Below the pieces are notes generated by a model. It was not told where the DNA came from. It saw only the letters and a list, made by a program, of their open reading frames with translations, and searched no databases. DNA of 64,000 bases from a virus: positions 1 to 64,000 of IMG/VR virus record IMGVR_UViG_3300023110_000023, one strand, 5' to 3'. Made by a program: the position numbers and the translations under genes. Position 1 is the stretch's first letter. The number at the start of each line of letters is the position of its first letter. Shown one piece after another: positions 17,626 through 26,611 of the stretch.

Positions 17626-18018
17626 ATGGCGGTTCACTCTTTCACAGGTGTCAGCGGAAAAATCACCGTGTCGGGAAGCATTGTCGGATTCGTTTCGGGC
17701 GACTTCTCAATGACTGCGACAACGGGCAAATACATCACACTCGGAACGAACTACAACACGGCACACACTCGCGGTGTGCGAACTGTGTCGGGCTCGCTCA
17801 AGAAAGCGTGGGGTGTCAGCGATGACGAACTCTTTGATTGGTTCAACAACGACACCGAACTTGACATTGAGTTTGACGCTGATGACGCTGGAACGCACAC
17901 ATACACCGTGTCGGGCTGTGTCTTGACCGACCTTGCGATTGAAGGACTTGAAGCAGGGAACGAGGGTGCGTTGATGATTAACGCTTCCTTTGAGGGCTTG
18001 ACTTGGGCTCGCGATTGA
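17626..18018 (+). CDS. tail tube protein
   Basis: 130 aa beta-rich, TVSGSLKKAW; upstream of chaperones and tape measure; no sheath gene seen. Confidence 0.75.
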   Translation: MAVHSFTGVSGKITVSGSIVGFVSGDFSMTATTGKYITLGTNYNTAHTRGVRTVSGSLKKAWGVSDDELFDWFNNDTELDIEFDADDAGTHTYTVSGCVLTDLAIEGLEAGNEGALMINASFEGLTWARD

Positions 18019-18029
18019 GGTGATTCACT

Positions 18030-18392
18030 TTGTCTTGGCTGGATTCAACATTGGATGCTCACTCTTCTGCTATTGAGGTCAATACCGCTGGTCTTGGGCT
18101 CAAGGGAGAAGACGGGAAGGAACTCAAGACGCTCATGGCGAAACCGCTGTCGGCTCACGAATATCAAGTTCTCAAGAACGAACCCGAACTCCGAACTCTC
18201 ATCGGCCAAGACAGAACCGAACTGCTTGGCCTTCGCATGACCTTTGAGATGCTCAAGAAGTGCGATGATTCGCTCAAGTGGGGCGTGTTCCGTCAATTGC
18301 CTCTCACCCTCATCGCTGAACTCGCCCAGCGTGTCAGCGAGGCTGTGGGCTCACCATCCGAGAACGGTGGTGGTGCGTTGGGGGAAGCGTGA
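18030..18392 (+). CDS. tail assembly chaperone (gpG-like)
   Basis: GAGGTGA RBS, TTG start; slippery G GGG GAA at 18380-18386. Confidence 0.75.
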   Translation: MSWLDSTLDAHSSAIEVNTAGLGLKGEDGKELKTLMAKPLSAHEYQVLKNEPELRTLIGQDRTELLGLRMTFEMLKKCDDSLKWGVFRQLPLTLIAELAQRVSEAVGSPSENGGGALGEA

Positions 18393-18577
18393 GGTTCGCC
18401 CGTTCCACAGAAGGACAGTTCTATTTTGAATTGCTGGCTAAGTTCGGGCTCACCCCTCAACAATGGAGGGAACTTGACCCCCGCGACACGACATTCTTAA
18501 CCCACGCATTCCTTGAACGGACTAAGCGTGAGCATGAGCAACAGAAGCGACTGCAAGCGAAGAACAGGAGGCGATGA
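18389..18577 (+). CDS. tail assembly chaperone extension (gpT-like, -1 frame)
   Basis: In the -1 frame of the upstream gene, directly before tape measure; FGLTPQQWREL. Confidence 0.7.
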   Translation: MRFARSTEGQFYFELLAKFGLTPQQWRELDPRDTTFLTHAFLERTKREHEQQKRLQAKNRRR

Positions 18578-20868
18578 GCGTGGCGATGGATAGCGTGGCT
18601 AAAATCACGGCCATCGTTGAAGCGCGTACGGCTGGCTTCAAGAAGGGAATGGCGGAGGTCGGAAGTGGGCTCACGGTTGCTGGTGGTCGTTTCAGCCGAT
18701 TCGGTGAAACGGCTCGCAAGTCCTTCGTGGCGGTTCAAATCGGTGCTGTGCTTGCAGGTCAAGCCCTCGTTGCTGGCTTCGCAGTCAAGGCTTCAAAGGC
18801 GTTCATTGAGTTTGAGGATTCACTCCTTCGGACTTCGGCTATCATGGGCGGGAAGTCCATCTCGGACATTCAACGAGTGGCTGACGAAGTGATGCACTTG
18901 GGTGCTACAACCCGTTCCACAGCCGTTCAAGTGGGCGAGGCGGCGCAGATTTTGGCGTTGGCTGGTTTGAAGGAAGAGGACTTGGTGGACAACAAGGCAC
19001 TTGAGCAATTGAACAACCTCGCAATCGCCGCTGGCGTTGATATGCCGACCGCCGCTGGCGTTGCGATTTCAGCCCTTAAAGGTATGGGAATGGAAACCAG
19101 CGAATTGGGTCGCGTGAACGATGTGATGATGCAAACAATGAGCAATTCGTTCACTACGGTTGAGTCGCTTGGGCAGACCATGAAGTTCCTTGCACCAACG
19201 GCTCGCGCGGCGGGCATTTCATTGGAAGAAGCATCCGCCGCGGCGGGTGCATTGGGCAACGCAGGGCTTCAAGGAACGATGGCTGGAACAGGTATGCGTA
19301 TGGCTATCAACAAACTCATCAAGCCGACTACGGAGGCTCGGAGGGTCATTGAAGACTTGAACCTCAATGTCTTCCGATTGACTCCAGCGGGTGAATCGGC
19401 TCGCAACAGTCTGCGAGGGGTTGAGGCTGGGTTGGAAGAAACTCGGCTTCAAGCGGAGGGCGTGAACCTTGAAATCAAGGCACTCAACAGCGAACTCAAC
19501 GACCTGTCCATTGACCAGCAGAAGAACAACCTTGAGATAGCCAAAATCCGCCAGCGAGCATCCAAGCAGGGTCGTGAATTGACCAAGCGTGAGATTGAAC
19601 AGATTGAGCGTTTGGAGATGGCGAATGATGACTTGAACATCACCATGCAAGAACGCAGTTTGGAACTGTCCATCCAGCGAAGAGAGCAGACGCAGTTATC
19701 GGAGTCAATAAGCAGTCAAGAATCGGAGATGAACTCGCTCAACCAAACCATCACCGACCAAACTCAAGGACTGACATCGCTGACCGATTTGTTCCAGCAA
19801 TTGCGCGATGCTGGTGCGACAACATCGCAGATTCTCCAAGTCTTCGGTGTGCGTGGTGGAAACGCAATCAACGCCATTTTGGGACAGGCCGATGCCTTTG
19901 AGGAATTGGTCGCCAAGAACGAGGATGCAAACGGCAGAACTGCGGAGTTCGTTCAAACCATGACAGGCTCAACGCAGAACGCCCTGTTTGAATTGCAGTC
20001 AGCCTTCACAGCGTTGATGATAACAGTCGGTGAACAGTTCGCCCCGATGATAAAGGACACACTCGTTCCAGCACTCATCTTGGCGACTGAAAAATTGGGC
20101 GATGAAGGCTTCGTGGAGGCGATGGGAGAAATCGCTGACAAATTGGTTGAGGTCTTGCCCCAATTGATTGATTCCTTCGTGCCTGTGCTGATTCAAATGG
20201 CGGAACAGTCGGATGACTTGATTTATGTCTTCGTGGCTCTCGCTCACGCTCTCCGATTCCTCATGGTTTTCATTGAGCCCATCTATGAATTGCTGGGCGG
20301 TATCGGGATGATATTTGAGGGAATCGCGACCCTAAATCCACAGATGATTTTTGAGGGGCTTGGAAAGGCGGCGGGTGGTCTTGCACTCATATTGATGCCG
20401 ATATACAGGCTGGTTGAAGCGATTGCTGATTTCTTGGGCATTATTGACGAGGAAGGAACGGGCGCGCAACGGGCTGGGTCGGGTGCTTTGAAGGGGGCGG
20501 CGGCTGGTGCGTTGGTCGGTTCTGCTGTCCCCGTTGTCGGAACGGCGGCGGGTGCTGTCGTGGGTGGAATCATCGGTGCTGGGCTCACGATGTTCGCAGA
20601 AGGTGGAATCGTGAACGAAGCCACGCTGGGTGTCTTCGGTGAGGCTGGTTCGGAGGCTGTGATTCCGCTGGACAGACTCCCTGCATTGATGAGCGAATCA
20701 ATGGGAGGGCAAGCCTCAAAGCCCGAAACCACAGTCGTTTTCAGCGGGGACATCATCATTGGCGAAGGCAACAACCTTTCAAAGCGCGATGTTGAGCAGA
20801 TAATGGTGGAAACGATGCCGAAGGTGTTCAACCGATTCGGAATGCAAGGTGCAAGGGGTGTGATTTGA
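18574..20868 (+). CDS. tape measure protein (TP901-family core)
   Basis: LGATTRSTAVQV, AAGALGNAGLQGTMAGT, FAEGGIV...GEAGSEAVIPL. Confidence 0.9.
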   Translation: MSVAMDSVAKITAIVEARTAGFKKGMAEVGSGLTVAGGRFSRFGETARKSFVAVQIGAVLAGQALVAGFAVKASKAFIEFEDSLLRTSAIMGGKSISDIQRVADEVMHLGATTRSTAVQVGEAAQILALAGLKEEDLVDNKALEQLNNLAIAAGVDMPTAAGVAISALKGMGMETSELGRVNDVMMQTMSNSFTTVESLGQTMKFLAPTARAAGISLEEASAAAGALGNAGLQGTMAGTGMRMAINKLIKPTTEARRVIEDLNLNVFRLTPAGESARNSLRGVEAGLEETRLQAEGVNLEIKALNSELNDLSIDQQKNNLEIAKIRQRASKQGRELTKREIEQIERLEMANDDLNITMQERSLELSIQRREQTQLSESISSQESEMNSLNQTITDQTQGLTSLTDLFQQLRDAGATTSQILQVFGVRGGNAINAILGQADAFEELVAKNEDANGRTAEFVQTMTGSTQNALFELQSAFTALMITVGEQFAPMIKDTLVPALILATEKLGDEGFVEAMGEIADKLVEVLPQLIDSFVPVLIQMAEQSDDLIYVFVALAHALRFLMVFIEPIYELLGGIGMIFEGIATLNPQMIFEGLGKAAGGLALILMPIYRLVEAIADFLGIIDEEGTGAQRAGSGALKGAAAGALVGSAVPVVGTAAGAVVGGIIGAGLTMFAEGGIVNEATLGVFGEAGSEAVIPLDRLPALMSESMGGQASKPETTVVFSGDIIIGEGNNLSKRDVEQIMVETMPKVFNRFGMQGARGVI

Positions 20869-23800
20869 TGGCTTCAACCAAACAAAGCATCACACAGACC
20901 TTCTCACGCATGAAGAACGGCCTTGCTGAACTCCAGCGGTGGTTTCCAGCCTTCATCAAGAACGATGGCGTTGGAGGGCTCTCCATTGACCCTGTGCTGT
21001 ATCGCACAAACTTCTCCGCCAAGACCCCAGCCCAAACGGGTGGCTACGATGACGAAGCCAGCCAAGCAGGGATTCGGGTGGAGGCAATCAACGATGACGG
21101 CACAGATGTCAGCAACAACCCAACCATCGTCATATCGGGAAGCGGAACACTCAACGCCAAATGCACCATCAACCATGATGATGGAAGTGGCTCAACCGTC
21201 ATTCGCTTGATTGCACCATCGGGCGACTTGACAGGAAGTGGAACAAAAACACGCTCGCATGAGGGAATCGGGGATGCGACTTCCGACACGACCACGACCG
21301 CGCCCTTCCCCGTGTTCATGACGATTCAAGAACTGACCGAGATGCTTGACACCTATCGGCACATCGGAGATGGTGATGAAAACAAAAAGGCATGGCTTCC
21401 ACATGGGTTGGAAGGCGGAGGGCAACACGGCCACTCATCAGCATCGGCTTTGCCTTCGCTCGCTGGAGGCGACCCTCGCGAACCCACATCGGTTGCGTTC
21501 CCCACAGCCTCTCCGTATCGCGCAACCGTGTTCATGCCGATGATGCTGGACAACAACCAATTTGACAAACGAATCACGGGTGCGAGCAACGAGGTTGCTG
21601 ACTATACCTACCTCCTTGCGAACTTCGGTGGGGGCTACGATGTTCTTGACATTGACCGATACGACCCCGACCCCGAAGGCGAAGACTCGGCCACGATTCG
21701 CTACAAAACGGTGGGGTATTCGGGCGACCATTTGCTTGGGAAGAACACAGCACAGCAAGCATACAAAACCGCGCCCAGCGGAACGGCACACAACACAATG
21801 ACACACAACAACCCCGACTTATCGTTTGATGGAAGTGCAAGCCACTTCCCCAAATACCGAACCCGCTGTGCTTTGGCGATGTTCCTCAAAGACGGGACAT
21901 ACACGCTCAAGGGCGGGACTCTCATTCCATACATCTATGACACGAATCGCGAGATTGGGGGCAACCAAACCAGCACAGTCCACGCGATTTGGGATGGGCT
22001 TGATGGAGAAGGCGACTTTGACATGACCGCTTCGGGCATTGAAAAACAATGCTCGGCTCAAATCACTCCGATGTTTGACTTCCTCCAGCCACCCATCACA
22101 ACCTCCGCACAGGGAGGCAATTTTGACTACGAGGTGGTCAATGGGTCAGCCAAGTTCAATTGGGCAAACTACATCACAGATGTGCAGTCAATCCAAGCCA
22201 GCGATTCCAACCTGTTCACAGATGGTGATGGAACGGACTTAGACCACATCACTACGGCACGACCGTTCTTGGTTCGCAACAACCCAGCAAGCGTTCCTGT
22301 GCGATACATTCGGAGGAACAATCTCATCCTGTCCATTTGGCTTGACTACACGAATGTCAGCGGTATCAGCGGTTCAACGATTCCTCAATTCACAGTCGGA
22401 AGTCCGATTGAACTGTGGGGACTCACGGGCGCGTTGGGCAGGGACACCTCTCAAGGTCGGAACATTGGGCATAAGTTCGGCCTCTATGAGTTCGCACCAC
22501 GAAGCGAAGAAACGAATCCCGACACATATTCTTTGGGCGGGTTGAATCACAACGGATGGTGGATAATCAACGCGTACGATGACGATGGCGGTGGTCTTGA
22601 CGGAGAGTTTGTCGTGGATGACATTCTCGGCAACGGGGACTCAACCGAGTTCTATGGGGCTCGGATTGATATTCAAATCTATTCAAACGAAGCCCTTCCG
22701 AGTCAAGGGAATGTCAGCGCGTACGCGCCGACCAGCGGGTATGTTTGTCAAGGACTGATTGGAGGCGCGGAAAGCACTTCTTCTCACTATGGAACTGTTG
22801 CTTGGGCAACCAGCCAAAGCAATTCCCACCCCCAATTGCGACTCTTCGGTAGTGCGAGCGAGAAACTGTATGGAACGGGTGTTGGGTATATGGGCGGGGC
22901 AAACACCCCAGCGAACAATTTGCAGTCCCATGTTGGACATCGCTATTTTTACCCATCACGCATGGTTGATTCTTATGTTGATGAGGGAGAATGGGGTGCG
23001 ACAGGAAACACGGGGAATCTCAAGTTTTTCTTTGCCGATGACGCGACCGCGTTCCGTTCAATTGAATTGCAGAAGGCGACCGACTTGCTCTATTCCAATG
23101 GTGTTCCTGTTGTTCAAAGGGGAGATGGTTTGCTTCGGCTTCCAGCACCACAGGGCAAGGACATTGGTGCAAGGCGACTCTATTCCCTCACACAGACTCA
23201 CATCACAGGCACATTCGTGAGTGAAGAAACTGACTTTCGCGGGCTCGGTTCGGACTTGGTTGAAAGCCTCCCAGCAACATGGTTGTCAAGAGGGCTTCAC
23301 ATTCCCCTGTGGTCATACATTGACACGGCGAATGGCCGTCATGCTTGGGACTACATCAAGCCCATTGGTGCATCGGGAACATGGCTCTATGGGCGAAACC
23401 GACCATTCCCAGCCCATGAACGAACAGGAACGCGATTGGGCTACAACGGAGGCGTTGCTCTTGACACGACCAAATACGGCTTGAGCGAGATGGGATGCTC
23501 GCAGATGTGGCTGGATTGGGAGATGAAGGCCAAAATCCCATTCCGAACAAATCAAATGGTGCGAATCACCTTTGACACCAACGAGGAACACTATGTCTTT
23601 GGTCGCCACGCTTTGATGTTTGATGACTTTCAAGGAACGATGAGGGGTGGTGCTGGCTTTTTGCCCCTGTATGATGGGAAGACATCAGCATCACCACTCA
23701 CATTGAGTGCGTCATCATCGCCCGAAATCTATATTCGGGCTGGTGAAGGGTATTCAAATGGCTTCATAACGCACCCGTATGTGAACGGTGCGTTCACAGC

Positions 23801-25604
23801 ACCGCGTACGATAATTTGGTTCGGGGATGCTACATTCCTCAAGGATTCGGCTTGGTTGGGTGAGAAGGAATATCCGCTGGAGAACGCTGGTGGGAACTGT
23901 GGTTGGGGGTCAATGAACAACGGCTACGGCACAGGCACATCGTTCACCTATGCGGAAGGCTATCACACAGTCCGAGCAGTCTTCAACCAAGCAGGGATGA
24001 ACTTGCTCTTTGATGGTGTCAGTCAAGGCATTGACACCGAATCGGCCAAGACGGTGTATGGGCTGACGATTGAAAACTGCAAAATGGGCTTGTCCGTTTG
24101 GAATCAAAGCATCGGTGTTGATGAAAGCAGATTCCCCAAAGACGATGACGGCAACAGACTCGTTGCTGACAATCAAGCGTTGAGCAAGAATCAGTCCGAT
24201 TTGCAGATTGACGAGATGGTATTGAGGTCAATACCGACTTCTGCGATGTTGCCGTTCAAGGTTCACACGATGAAACAGGACTTCTCCAATGTGGCTCGCT
24301 ATACCTCATTGACGGTTGAGGCTGACAACATTGACACCAAGAAGGGAATGAATGTCAAGGCGACCTTGATGACTCCATCCACCACGACCGTTGAGAACGA
24401 GGGGCAAGCCGTCATCAGCGGGTTTGAGAATGTGGATTTGGCGTTCAGCGGTGGCGTTGGTTCAATGGACTTGACCGACCTTCCAGCGTCAGCAATCGCA
24501 GATGGGTTTGTGATTCGGTTTGACTTCTTCATCCCTAACAACACACAGACCGAATATCACCCGATTGATTGGTCAAAATTGCCCATCATTCGCTCTTGGA
24601 CTGTGGAATACGATGAGAAGCCAACGGCTTCGCTGGCGGTCATTGGGAACACATTCAACGGGGACATCACAGGAACAATCAACACCCGTGTTGGACACAT
24701 CATCTCGTTGCGTGGAACAGGCACGACAACCGATGTGGACAGAACCATCTCGGAGGTCAAGTTTGACTTCGGTGATGGGGCTTCAACGGGCTGGATAAAG
24801 TTCGCAGACCAAACGACTCAAAGCACGACATACGACATCGCTCACTCGTATTTGGCGAGTGGAACATACACCGTCAAGTGCTATTCTCGCGATGACTCCA
24901 ACAACGAATCGCTGGAATCAAACAACATCACCATCGTGGTCGCTAACGCGCCCCCTGTCGCCATCCTTCGTGCTGTGCCTTCAATGGTTCGTGCTGGGCA
25001 AGCAATCACCTTTGACGGCTCGGCATCGTATGACATCAACGCTGGTGGAACGCTGACGACATACACCTTCACCTTCGGAGATGGGTCGTCATCTGTGTCG
25101 GGTGCTTCGTCTTCGGTCAGCCACACATACGCCAACGGTGGTGAATATCAAGCCACGCTGGTCGTGGTTGATTCCGATGGGGCGACATCGCAGACTGCGA
25201 GCGTTGTTGTCAAGGTGCTTCCAGCGACCCTCGTTGTTCCGCTGGTTTTGAACACCAAGCCGAGAGCGTTCAGCCGAACTCGGTCAGCGAATCTCACTCA
25301 AACGCCCGTATTGGACTCAATATACCCCGAACTCACAGACATGGGACAGCGAACTGACGAGTTCAAATTGGAAGGTTCGTTCCTCAAGCACACGGCCAAT
25401 GCCGACATTGAGTTCATGGAAGAACTTCACCTGTCGGGCGCGCTGGTTGAAATCGTGTGGGAAGAGGTGAACTTCACAGGAACGCCAACGGGCAAGACAT
25501 TCGTTGGTCGCATGACTTCGTTTGACTATCAGCGCGAGGGCGGTCGTCATGGCGAAACGCCATACACAGCGGTGTTCGTGAGGGAGGCTGGGCTCGGTGC
25601 TTGA
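20868..25604 (+). CDS. large tail/adhesion protein with two PKD domains
   Basis: FDFGDG...HSYLASGTYTV and FTFGDG...HTYANGGEYQATLVVVD; ~1580 aa after tape measure. Confidence 0.75.
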   Translation: MASTKQSITQTFSRMKNGLAELQRWFPAFIKNDGVGGLSIDPVLYRTNFSAKTPAQTGGYDDEASQAGIRVEAINDDGTDVSNNPTIVISGSGTLNAKCTINHDDGSGSTVIRLIAPSGDLTGSGTKTRSHEGIGDATSDTTTTAPFPVFMTIQELTEMLDTYRHIGDGDENKKAWLPHGLEGGGQHGHSSASALPSLAGGDPREPTSVAFPTASPYRATVFMPMMLDNNQFDKRITGASNEVADYTYLLANFGGGYDVLDIDRYDPDPEGEDSATIRYKTVGYSGDHLLGKNTAQQAYKTAPSGTAHNTMTHNNPDLSFDGSASHFPKYRTRCALAMFLKDGTYTLKGGTLIPYIYDTNREIGGNQTSTVHAIWDGLDGEGDFDMTASGIEKQCSAQITPMFDFLQPPITTSAQGGNFDYEVVNGSAKFNWANYITDVQSIQASDSNLFTDGDGTDLDHITTARPFLVRNNPASVPVRYIRRNNLILSIWLDYTNVSGISGSTIPQFTVGSPIELWGLTGALGRDTSQGRNIGHKFGLYEFAPRSEETNPDTYSLGGLNHNGWWIINAYDDDGGGLDGEFVVDDILGNGDSTEFYGARIDIQIYSNEALPSQGNVSAYAPTSGYVCQGLIGGAESTSSHYGTVAWATSQSNSHPQLRLFGSASEKLYGTGVGYMGGANTPANNLQSHVGHRYFYPSRMVDSYVDEGEWGATGNTGNLKFFFADDATAFRSIELQKATDLLYSNGVPVVQRGDGLLRLPAPQGKDIGARRLYSLTQTHITGTFVSEETDFRGLGSDLVESLPATWLSRGLHIPLWSYIDTANGRHAWDYIKPIGASGTWLYGRNRPFPAHERTGTRLGYNGGVALDTTKYGLSEMGCSQMWLDWEMKAKIPFRTNQMVRITFDTNEEHYVFGRHALMFDDFQGTMRGGAGFLPLYDGKTSASPLTLSASSSPEIYIRAGEGYSNGFITHPYVNGAFTAPRTIIWFGDATFLKDSAWLGEKEYPLENAGGNCGWGSMNNGYGTGTSFTYAEGYHTVRAVFNQAGMNLLFDGVSQGIDTESAKTVYGLTIENCKMGLSVWNQSIGVDESRFPKDDDGNRLVADNQALSKNQSDLQIDEMVLRSIPTSAMLPFKVHTMKQDFSNVARYTSLTVEADNIDTKKGMNVKATLMTPSTTTVENEGQAVISGFENVDLAFSGGVGSMDLTDLPASAIADGFVIRFDFFIPNNTQTEYHPIDWSKLPIIRSWTVEYDEKPTASLAVIGNTFNGDITGTINTRVGHIISLRGTGTTTDVDRTISEVKFDFGDGASTGWIKFADQTTQSTTYDIAHSYLASGTYTVKCYSRDDSNNESLESNNITIVVANAPPVAILRAVPSMVRAGQAITFDGSASYDINAGGTLTTYTFTFGDGSSSVSGASSSVSHTYANGGEYQATLVVVDSDGATSQTASVVVKVLPATLVVPLVLNTKPRAFSRTRSANLTQTPVLDSIYPELTDMGQRTDEFKLEGSFLKHTANADIEFMEELHLSGALVEIVWEEVNFTGTPTGKTFVGRMTSFDYQREGGRHGETPYTAVFVREAGLGA

Positions 25605-25722
25605 TTGGCTGACTTGGCTCATCCTCTTGGAACTGATTTGGTGGGCATTCATTGGATTCGTGGGGCGGGAACTGTTGTCCCTGTGGCGAATGATTCGTGA
25701 AATCCCGATTGAATACAATTGA
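25597..25722 (+). CDS. small Trp-rich membrane peptide (41 aa, not in ORF track)
   Basis: GGGAGG RBS, GTG start, MLDWLTWLILLELIWWAFIGFVGRELLSLWRMIREIPIEYN*. Confidence 0.5.
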   Translation: MLDWLTWLILLELIWWAFIGFVGRELLSLWRMIREIPIEYN

Positions 25723-25822
25723 TTCCAAAACGGGCTTCGGCTCATCGCGATTTGGCGATTTTAGGGGTGAAAACCATTGATATTGTGAAAACATTGATAT
25801 ACCCCACCCCTAATGCCTAACC

Positions 25823-26200
25823 ATGAGCCCAACCATGAGCCCCCACGCACTCCAGCGCGTTGATGAGCGACTTGTCGGTGCAGAAGCCGAGAAGGTCGCC
25901 AACGCTGTCAAGTCTGCCTGTGCAAAGCATGGAAGCCGAAGCATCGGAATCATCGCTCACCGATTGAACGGTCAGCGTGGTCAAGCATGGGGCGAGAAGT
26001 CCAATGGCGACTGCGTTGTTGTCATCGTGCGAAACAACCAAGTCAAGACCACATACCTCCGCCGAGCCACTCAAACCTTTGACCTCTCCGTGTCCCGCAC
26101 CGATGTGCTGGTGGACATGACGGGAACTGTCCTCAAGTCCGTCATGACCAAGAACGGTGGCGGTCGTGGTGCTGACTTCAACCCATTCAACATGAACTGA
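25823..26200 (+). CDS. accessory protein, possibly RelE/ParE-like fold (class-E cassette)
   Basis: SPHALQRVDER...VVVIVRNNQVKTTY pattern; boxes 25777/25794. Confidence 0.55.
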   Translation: MSPTMSPHALQRVDERLVGAEAEKVANAVKSACAKHGSRSIGIIAHRLNGQRGQAWGEKSNGDCVVVIVRNNQVKTTYLRRATQTFDLSVSRTDVLVDMTGTVLKSVMTKNGGGRGADFNPFNMN

Positions 26201-26213
26201 ACAGGTGATACAG

Positions 26214-26336
26214 ATGAAAGCAGAAGGAAGACCCAACAAGCGACACAGCCGAGATAAGCGAGGCTTCACAGGAAAATACAACAAAGGCGGGAAGCGAATG
26301 TCGGGGGCTCGCCCTCTTCACCAATGCCGTCTGTGA
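26214..26336 (+). CDS. small basic peptide (40 aa, not in ORF track)
   Basis: AGGTGA RBS; MKAEGRPNKRHSRDKRGFTGKYNKGGKR... Confidence 0.5.
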   Translation: MKAEGRPNKRHSRDKRGFTGKYNKGGKRMSGARPLHQCRL

Positions 26337-26579
26337 ATGGAGATGATGAACATGACGAATCTAAGCGAGATGGACATACCCGAAAACTACGAGTTTCGTG
26401 GCTACGAATACGACCTGTGGAAAGCATACACCGAAGAAGGCATGGCTCGCATTGAAGCCAGCGGTGTCCGTGATGGCTATGCCGAGCGAATGTATGGCGT
26501 GAACCGAGCCTGTGTCAAGCGATGGGTCATTGACGGGGTTGAGGTTTGGTGCGTGTATGCTCGCTATTCCTCATGGTGA
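26337..26579 (+). CDS. hypothetical protein
   Basis: ORF in accessory operon; start could be 26346 or 26352. Confidence 0.55.
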   Translation: MEMMNMTNLSEMDIPENYEFRGYEYDLWKAYTEEGMARIEASGVRDGYAERMYGVNRACVKRWVIDGVEVWCVYARYSSW

Positions 26580-26611
26580 TGCTCTTAAACCAGCGTTGGA
26601 CTGCCTAAAGC

